Shown one piece after another: positions 24,274-29,490 of a DNA stretch of 36,998 nt. How positions within the stretch are numbered: the stretch's first letter is position 1; each line of letters opens with the position of its first letter. This DNA is from a virus. The notes below the pieces were generated by a model, which worked only from the letters and a program-made list of their open reading frames with translations, had not been told where the DNA came from and did not search any database. Position numbers and translations under genes: made by a program. Where the stretch lies: IMG/VR virus record IMGVR_UViG_3300043219_000413; one strand, given 5' to 3'.

Positions 24274-24471
24274 TCTCGATTCCTTTAAATCGTTGATATG
24301 TAATACGCTTTGTAAGTGGATTAGCTGTATTCTACTTCAGGTCATAATGTGTCACAATACACAGGTCTTGCAAGACAGCCCGCCTTTCTGAGTTTGCCCT
24401 CTTAAGGTGGGTTTTTTTTTGCCTGCCAAGTAAGACGCTGATGATTAAAACAGCTAACTATCAGCGCGTTA

Positions 24472-25095
24472 CTAACTGGAAAAGACATGGCCATCAACAA
24501 ACGCATAATCCATGAATAATTCATAAGTGAACTGTTTCCAGTCGAAATATTTGCTTGTGTCCATACCACATCCGTCGGCGTAGTTTTCGGCAAATGACTC
24601 CTCGCTGTCATGCTCCCCCTGGTAGCAGTCTTCAAAATCTGACTGAGTAGCATATTCCTGGCCGCGATTAGATACATAAGCCGTCCAGGCGTCGCCGTGT
24701 TCCGCCAGTTGTTCGGCTAACTCGGAGACTACCTGAAGGCTTGTATATTCGCCTACGTCGATTCCATTGGTGTCGTGAATCGCAAACTCTTCCGCCGTGA
24801 CGGTTTGTCGCAGATTGTCAGAGTCGCACCCAGGACAAGTTTGTTTAGCAGGATTGTCCCAGCCGTTAATGTCTGACAGTAGACGCCCGTGCAAAACAGA
24901 AACGGTTGCATAATGTTCTATATGTCCGCAATTGTTACACACAGTACAGGGGATGTTTGATTCTGGTGATTCAAGTAACAGGTTATAAACTTCGTTATTT
25001 AACTCTTCCAGGGTTTGGTTCGCGTCGATCCACTTGCCGCGTAAAAAACCTGCATTGTATGCCGCTAAGTCTGCAATATAAATTTGAGTTTCCAT
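24472..25095 (-). CDS. ardA: ArdA-family anti-restriction protein with a Cys4 insertion (207 aa)
   Basis: METQIYIADLAAYNAGFLRGKWID, AEEFAIHDTNG..VGEYTS and the acidic C-terminal half parallel Tn916 ArdA (MQVYIANLGKYNEGELVGAWF, YEEYAIHDYE..VDEYTS). An extra segment carries CTVCNNC...CPGC. Confidence 0.75.
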   Translation of the reverse strand: METQIYIADLAAYNAGFLRGKWIDANQTLEELNNEVYNLLLESPESNIPCTVCNNCGHIEHYATVSVLHGRLLSDINGWDNPAKQTCPGCDSDNLRQTVTAEEFAIHDTNGIDVGEYTSLQVVSELAEQLAEHGDAWTAYVSNRGQEYATQSDFEDCYQGEHDSEESFAENYADGCGMDTSKYFDWKQFTYELFMDYAFVDGHVFSS

Positions 25096-25173
25096 AGTCG
25101 TTTGCCCTCTTTATGGTGCCTGGCAGTATTGCCATCAAAACCGGCTACAAGGTAACCGGCTTTAATTGCTACA

Positions 25174-25650
25174 CTAATCCGCGTACTCGTTAATGGTGTA
25201 ACCCATAGTCAAAGCGGCTTCTGTTAAAGCCTGTAAGTAATTAGTGTCACTGGAATAGTTGCCAGAAAAACAAGTATTACGCGGTACAATTCGACGCAAG
25301 ACTTCAAGTCTAAAATTATTAGATGTCGCCAGCATTGATTTTTTAAGTGGATAAAACAAAAGCTCACTTGTCTTTAATTGATCAACATAAAAAGCGGCCT
25401 GGATCTGTATGGTATTTTCTGGACTATTACCGCTAGAGACACGGTTAGTTTTTTGACCATAGTATTTACTGGCTGTCTTTAATTGCTTAAGAAAATAATT
25501 AAGCCTTTCAATACCGGTTTTTATTTTATAGTTACCCTGGCGTCCATTATCTAATTCAAAGGGGATGTTTAAAAAATCAGGTAAACTATTTTTACCCCCT
25601 AGTGTGTTGATGTGATTTTTTACTGTTAGCTCAGTTATTAATGTGTTCAT
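25174..25650 (-). CDS. Hypothetical protein (158 aa) in the anti-restriction operon
   Basis: ORF between ardC and ardA on the same strand. No recognisable motif. Confidence 0.55.
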   Translation of the reverse strand: MNTLITELTVKNHINTLGGKNSLPDFLNIPFELDNGRQGNYKIKTGIERLNYFLKQLKTASKYYGQKTNRVSSGNSPENTIQIQAAFYVDQLKTSELLFYPLKKSMLATSNNFRLEVLRRIVPRNTCFSGNYSSDTNYLQALTEAALTMGYTINEYAD

Positions 25651-25660
25651 GACTTATGCC

Positions 25661-25912
25661 TTAATATGATTGACGCGTTAGAAGAGCGGATAAGTTTTCA
25701 AGCTTTTCTAGCTCAATGGCTTCTATTGGTGTTAATTCATCGAAGCCAATAGGATCAACCGCTTCAAAGTAGGACTGGCACAAAAGCAGATCAATATCGA
25801 TTACTTGATCATCATTAACCAGGGTGATTTTGTCGCCGTGCATACTCTGAGCGGTTCCGGTGATCTGTGAGCCATCATTTAAAATGGCGGTCATGAGTTT
25901 AGAATGTTGCAT
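25661..25912 (-). CDS. Hypothetical small acidic protein (83 aa from ATG 25912; ORF is open to 25945)
   Basis: The conserved AGAGGGCAAAC element lies 3 nt upstream of ATG 25912, which argues for this start. Confidence 0.5.
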   Translation of the reverse strand: MQHSKLMTAILNDGSQITGTAQSMHGDKITLVNDDQVIDIDLLLCQSYFEAVDPIGFDELTPIEAIELEKLENLSALLTRQSY

Positions 25913-25982
25913 AAAGTTTGCCCTCTTTACTGGCTTAATTGCCACATAAACCCCCTTAACAAAACAGGGGCTTAAATTGCTA

Positions 25983-26840
25983 TTAAGCAGCGGCTTTCAG
26001 TTCAATGGTTTTGTGTTTGCCCTGGATGTAATCAGCGGCTCTTTGTGCTTTCGATGCGGCCTGGATGATTAACTTACTGTCTTGCCTTAATCGCTGAGAC
26101 CAGCTCTTGATATATGCGGCGCTATTATCAATTGTGGTTTGCTCTATCCCAGCAACACCGCAAAGCATCGCCGCGCTGAATTCGGCGACTAATTCTTCTT
26201 TGCTGTATTCGTGACTGCCAAAATGCGCATTGTTACTGGTTAAGGTCTCCCGGTTCAGTCGATTAATATGGCCGGTACTGTGTGACAGTTCATGAAACAG
26301 CGTTGAATAATAACCAGCGTCATTGATGAACAACTCAGGGGCTGGTATTTCGATTCGATCCTGGCTCGGCGAGTAAAACGCTTGCGGCCCATTCTTAATG
26401 CCTGGTTTGTCAGCAAACCCTTTAACTAGATTCTCACAAGTTTCTATAGGGGAATGAGTCCGGCTCGATTCTGTTTTTTGCCAGTCGATGCCCTCTGTTT
26501 GTTCAAGGTTAAATACCGTGTAATAACGAAGGATAGGAATATTTTTATCTTCACCTGTATTTCTATCTTTATAAGGTGACATCTTAAAAAAGATAATCAT
26601 TTGACCTTTTTCGCCCTTTTTAACATTACCTTTTAATTGTTTCGCTTGCTTGTAAGTTACCCAGTGCGGGCACGAATAACCGGCGCTATTTAATAGAAAA
26701 GGATTAATACCGGTGTACGCTTTTTTACTGACAAAATTTTGGATCTCGCCAGAGTTAACCCACGGTTTACGCCAGGGGATAACACCAGCTTTTAGTTGAT
26801 CAAGAATTTGATTGGTAATGATCTCGTATACTTTACTCAT
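25983..26840 (-). CDS. ardC: ArdC-like anti-restriction protein: ssDNA-binding N-domain plus HExxH metalloprotease domain (285 aa)
   Basis: ILDQLKAGVIPWRKPW...YTGINPFLL (ArdC N-domain) and YYSTLFHELSHSTGH..RLNR...EELVAEFSAAMLC (zincin domain). Confidence 0.8.
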   Translation of the reverse strand: MSKVYEIITNQILDQLKAGVIPWRKPWVNSGEIQNFVSKKAYTGINPFLLNSAGYSCPHWVTYKQAKQLKGNVKKGEKGQMIIFFKMSPYKDRNTGEDKNIPILRYYTVFNLEQTEGIDWQKTESSRTHSPIETCENLVKGFADKPGIKNGPQAFYSPSQDRIEIPAPELFINDAGYYSTLFHELSHSTGHINRLNRETLTSNNAHFGSHEYSKEELVAEFSAAMLCGVAGIEQTTIDNSAAYIKSWSQRLRQDSKLIIQAASKAQRAADYIQGKHKTIELKAAA

Positions 26841-26909
26841 AAGTTTGCCCTCTTATTGATATTGATTTTGCTTGAATTCACTTACTAAATAAATTCGAAG
26901 CCTGGTTAA

Positions 26910-27101
26910 TTAAAATTCGTATGTCACGCCTTTGTGCTCAATACACGGGCAAGCTTCTTGCTCTATATGCTCAAGTAATTCATCAAAAGCATATTCCGTG
27001 TCATATCCGCATTTAGTCATTAAAGAGCGAACAAACTCTTCTGATAATTCGGTTTGTTTTGTGCTTGTTTTGGTGTGTATATAACATTTTAAAGTTTTCA
27101 T
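26910..27101 (-). CDS. Small acidic protein (63 aa from ATG 27101; ORF is open to 27131), first gene of the island operon
   Basis: An AGAGGGCAAA element lies 2 nt upstream of ATG 27101. A promoter lies directly upstream. Confidence 0.5.
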   Translation of the reverse strand: MKTLKCYIHTKTSTKQTELSEEFVRSLMTKCGYDTEYAFDELLEHIEQEACPCIEHKGVTYEF

Positions 27102-27123
27102 AATTTGCCCTCTATGGTTATAA

Positions 27124-27151
27124 ATTATCATAGGTACTCAGTACCTGTCAA
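27124..27151 (-). promoter_or_regulatory. Strong sigma70-type promoter of the anti-restriction operon: TTGACA-16-GATAAT, with palindromic operator in the spacer
   Basis: On the minus strand, -35 TTGACA is at 27146-27151 and -10 GATAAT at 27124-27129. Palindrome aggtac-tca-gtacct is at 27132-27146. Confidence 0.65.
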
Positions 27152-27176
27152 CAATAAAGATATAATACGGTATAAA
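27148..27176 (+). promoter_or_regulatory. Candidate promoter for terS (TCAACA-17-TATAAA), back-to-back with the island promoter
   Basis: The -10 ends 7 nt before ATG 27184. No SD is present. A second -10-like TATAAT lies at 27161-27166. Confidence 0.35.
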
Positions 27177-27183
27177 AATATAC

Positions 27184-27666
27184 ATGAACGATAAAACAGC
27201 GCCAGGTAAGCAAGCCGTCGAATTGACGGAAAACACTATAGATAAAGGGATTAGACTAAAACCGGAAGAGATTGACGAGCGATACATTAACGCTTATTTA
27301 GAGCATCCTGAAAGAAGTAAAACATTTGCTTTGATCGCCGCAGGTCATCCTAATCCTACAGCGCAGCGCGCCTATCAAATACACGAGCGCCTACTGAGTC
27401 AAATAGATAAGGGCTTAGATAAACTTATCTTGCAAGATGCTGCATTAGGTCGATCTGTTTTAGTTGACCTGGCACTTAATAGTGACAGTGACGCGGTAAG
27501 AGGATCAAGCGCCAGCAAATTAATGGAGTACGCCGGAAAACAAAAACCCGACCGCCTTATTGTGGAGAGTCGAGAGCCGGAAGATATAGACGCCGAGATT
27601 GCTGCAATACAAAAACGCATACTTATCGCGCAAGGTGAAGAGGTGCCAGATAGTGAGCTGCATTAA
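27184..27666 (+). CDS. terS: Terminase small subunit (160 aa)
   Basis: YINAYLEHPERSKTFALIAAGHPNPTAQRAYQIHERL and VLVDLALNSDSDAVRGSSASKLMEYAG resemble Terminase_2-type small subunits. First gene of the late/structural direction. Confidence 0.6.
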   Translation: MNDKTAPGKQAVELTENTIDKGIRLKPEEIDERYINAYLEHPERSKTFALIAAGHPNPTAQRAYQIHERLLSQIDKGLDKLILQDAALGRSVLVDLALNSDSDAVRGSSASKLMEYAGKQKPDRLIVESREPEDIDAEIAAIQKRILIAQGEEVPDSELH

Positions 27667-27707
27667 TAAGAAGGAAAGAACATTACTACCAGGAAGAGCT
27701 TAAAACG

Positions 27708-27740
27708 TTAGTTAACGTTTAGTTGACGTCTAGTTGACGT
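27708..27740. repeat. Three tandem 11-bp repeats (T/C)TAGTT(A/G)ACGT
   Basis: ttagttaacgt / ttagttgacgt / ctagttgacgt, read directly, 42 nt after the terS stop. Confidence 0.9.
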
Positions 27741-28130
27741 TAATTGAAATGTAGAGCGTCACCCTGAATGACTATCTTTGTTACTCACTCACACATCTTT
27801 TTTCTACCAGGTGACGGGGTACTGATAAAAGCCTGGGCATTAACCAAAACAATGGTCAGATTTATCAACAAACAAACAAACATCAGCTATTTATCGAGCC
27901 TTTTACACAAAAAACAACACATAAAGCGCTGATAGCCTTCTATAGCGGCATTTAAAACGGATTGATAGTCCGTTTGATGCCCTGCAACCGGGGGCCGCGT
28001 GGGTTTCTCGCGCGGCGCGATGGGCGTCGACATAGCTCGTTCTATCATTTCGGGGAAATTAGGCAAATAAGAAATCCTTGTTTTTCAACAGCTTAATTCC
28101 CATCCTCTACTACAGATATCCCGGTGCTAT

Positions 28131-28502
28131 ATGAACAATCGACTGCACAACGCTACAAACGGATATCAGGGAAAGGCTAAACGGGTGCTGTGTATATGCA
28201 GTGCCGGACTCTTGAGAAGCCCCACCGCCGCAAACGTGTTTCACAGGGAGTTTGGGTTTAATACCCGCGCCGCTGGGTTGGAGTCGAGCTTCGCTTTGAT
28301 ACCGGTTGATGATGTTTTATTGCACTGGGCCGATGAGATTGTGTGCATGGAGGCATACCAGAAAGAGGCGTTAGAAAAGCGCACAGACACACCGATCATT
28401 AATCTGGGTATTCAAGACAGCTTTGAGTATATGGATGAAACGTTACAGACAACGATAAAAGAGCGGTATTTGAACGGGAAAAAGAAAACAGCAAAACAGT
28501 AA
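28131..28502 (+). CDS. Low-molecular-weight phosphotyrosine phosphatase / ArsC-fold-like protein (123 aa)
   Basis: RVLCICSAGLLRSPTAANVF matches the LMW-PTP P-loop CX5R(S) (compare LFVCLGNICRSPMAE). No clear SD. Confidence 0.55.
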   Translation: MNNRLHNATNGYQGKAKRVLCICSAGLLRSPTAANVFHREFGFNTRAAGLESSFALIPVDDVLLHWADEIVCMEAYQKEALEKRTDTPIINLGIQDSFEYMDETLQTTIKERYLNGKKKTAKQ

Positions 28503-28585
28503 CTTAACTAATCCCTTACAGCAATACCGTTATCTGTTTGGGTCAACGTTATCGCGAGTTACTTTGGTTTTGCAGGATTTTCTGA

Positions 28586-28614
28586 TTGATATGCTGTTAA
28601 GCATAACTTAACAT
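28586..28614 (+). promoter_or_regulatory. Candidate moron promoter TTGATA-17-TAACAT with a perfect TTAAG-N5-CTTAA palindrome in the spacer
   Basis: -35 at 28586-28591, -10 at 28609-28614, palindrome ttaagcataacttaa at 28597-28611. Confidence 0.5.
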
Positions 28615-28642
28615 ATACCCTTTAATATTAAGAGGTATTGCT

Positions 28643-28996
28643 ATGCTGAGATCTAAAAATAGACGAGAAGAAAACCGTAATTATTTTCACTATGGTGTGA
28701 TGACATCTCAACTGTATGACCTCTCTTTTGCTCAGGAGCAGGTTATGAAGATAGTGAAACGCCTCAGAGCCAAACCGAACAGGAGCGTCGTGGATATACT
28801 GGATGCGTATGACCAGATCGATATCTTGATGTTTGAGCCGAGGAACAATGTAACGATCCATAAGAGTTACGAGGAGATAATGCAAACGTTTGACTATGTT
28901 TATCCTCGATTAACGCGCCGAAATCGCCGACACAAGGTATACACCACGCGCCAGTGTTTGAATTTTCTGTCACCGATATGGACATCATTTAGTTAA
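28643..28996 (+). CDS. Hypothetical basic protein (117 aa)
   Basis: AAGAGG RBS lies 8 nt upstream. Promoter upstream and terminator downstream. Antisense ORFs 28628-28885 and 28764-28988 were rejected. Confidence 0.5.
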   Translation: MLRSKNRREENRNYFHYGVMTSQLYDLSFAQEQVMKIVKRLRAKPNRSVVDILDAYDQIDILMFEPRNNVTIHKSYEEIMQTFDYVYPRLTRRNRRHKVYTTRQCLNFLSPIWTSFS

Positions 28997-29097
28997 CCTG
29001 TAAAGGCGCAACGACACTTCGGCTGCCTGTTTAAGTTATCTAGACAGGTGGCGCTCGCGCAAAAAAAAAGAAAAAAACCAGTTCGCCATTCGACAGG

Positions 29098-29132
29098 TCG
29101 GATTAATGTACTTAATTCGATCCTGTTTTTTT
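29098..29132 (+). terminator. Candidate rho-independent terminator
   Basis: tcggattaa-tgtac-ttaattcga (9-bp stem including one G-T pair), then tcctg and T7. Confidence 0.5.
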
Positions 29133-29157
29133 AAGAAATAGAAAAGAAGAGAATCCA

Positions 29158-29382
29158 ATGAAAAAGAAAAAGATACCTATTATCCTGGCAGGCATCATCT
29201 TACTGACAACCTTAATGCTACCCGGTATTTCTGTTTCTGCTCAGGAGGAGAAATGCGAAACACAAGATAGAGATCGAGCGATAAAACTTGCCGCTGAAAA
29301 ACGTCGAGACGCTCTCAAAGCATGTCTTGATAAAGAATGTATCGAAAAAATTATTTATGAGTTCTATAACCCTAATAGATAA
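29158..29382 (+). CDS. Small secreted or membrane-anchored protein (74 aa)
   Basis: N-terminus MKKKKIPIILAGIILLTTLMLPGISVSA is a signal peptide or anchor, followed by a charged helical part with 3 Cys. Confidence 0.5.
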   Translation: MKKKKIPIILAGIILLTTLMLPGISVSAQEEKCETQDRDRAIKLAAEKRRDALKACLDKECIEKIIYEFYNPNR

Positions 29383-29490
29383 GCGCTGCTTATAATTCTT
29401 TATTTCATTATCTTCTATCATTACCCCTAGCTTTTCTACACCTTCTCTTAGCTACAACGCTCCCAGTCATTATATGTAATAGGCACAAAT

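Noticed and set aside
27981-28031. GC-rich patch as a degenerate tRNA or tmRNA fragment
   Set aside because: No GTTCRA T-loop and no acceptor-like termini could be found. It is retained only as an unexplained structured or GC-anomalous element.
28628-28988. Minus-strand ORFs 28628-28885 and 28764-28988
   Set aside because: The plus-strand ORF 28643-28996 has a promoter, an AAGAGG RBS and a downstream terminator. The antisense ORFs have none of these.
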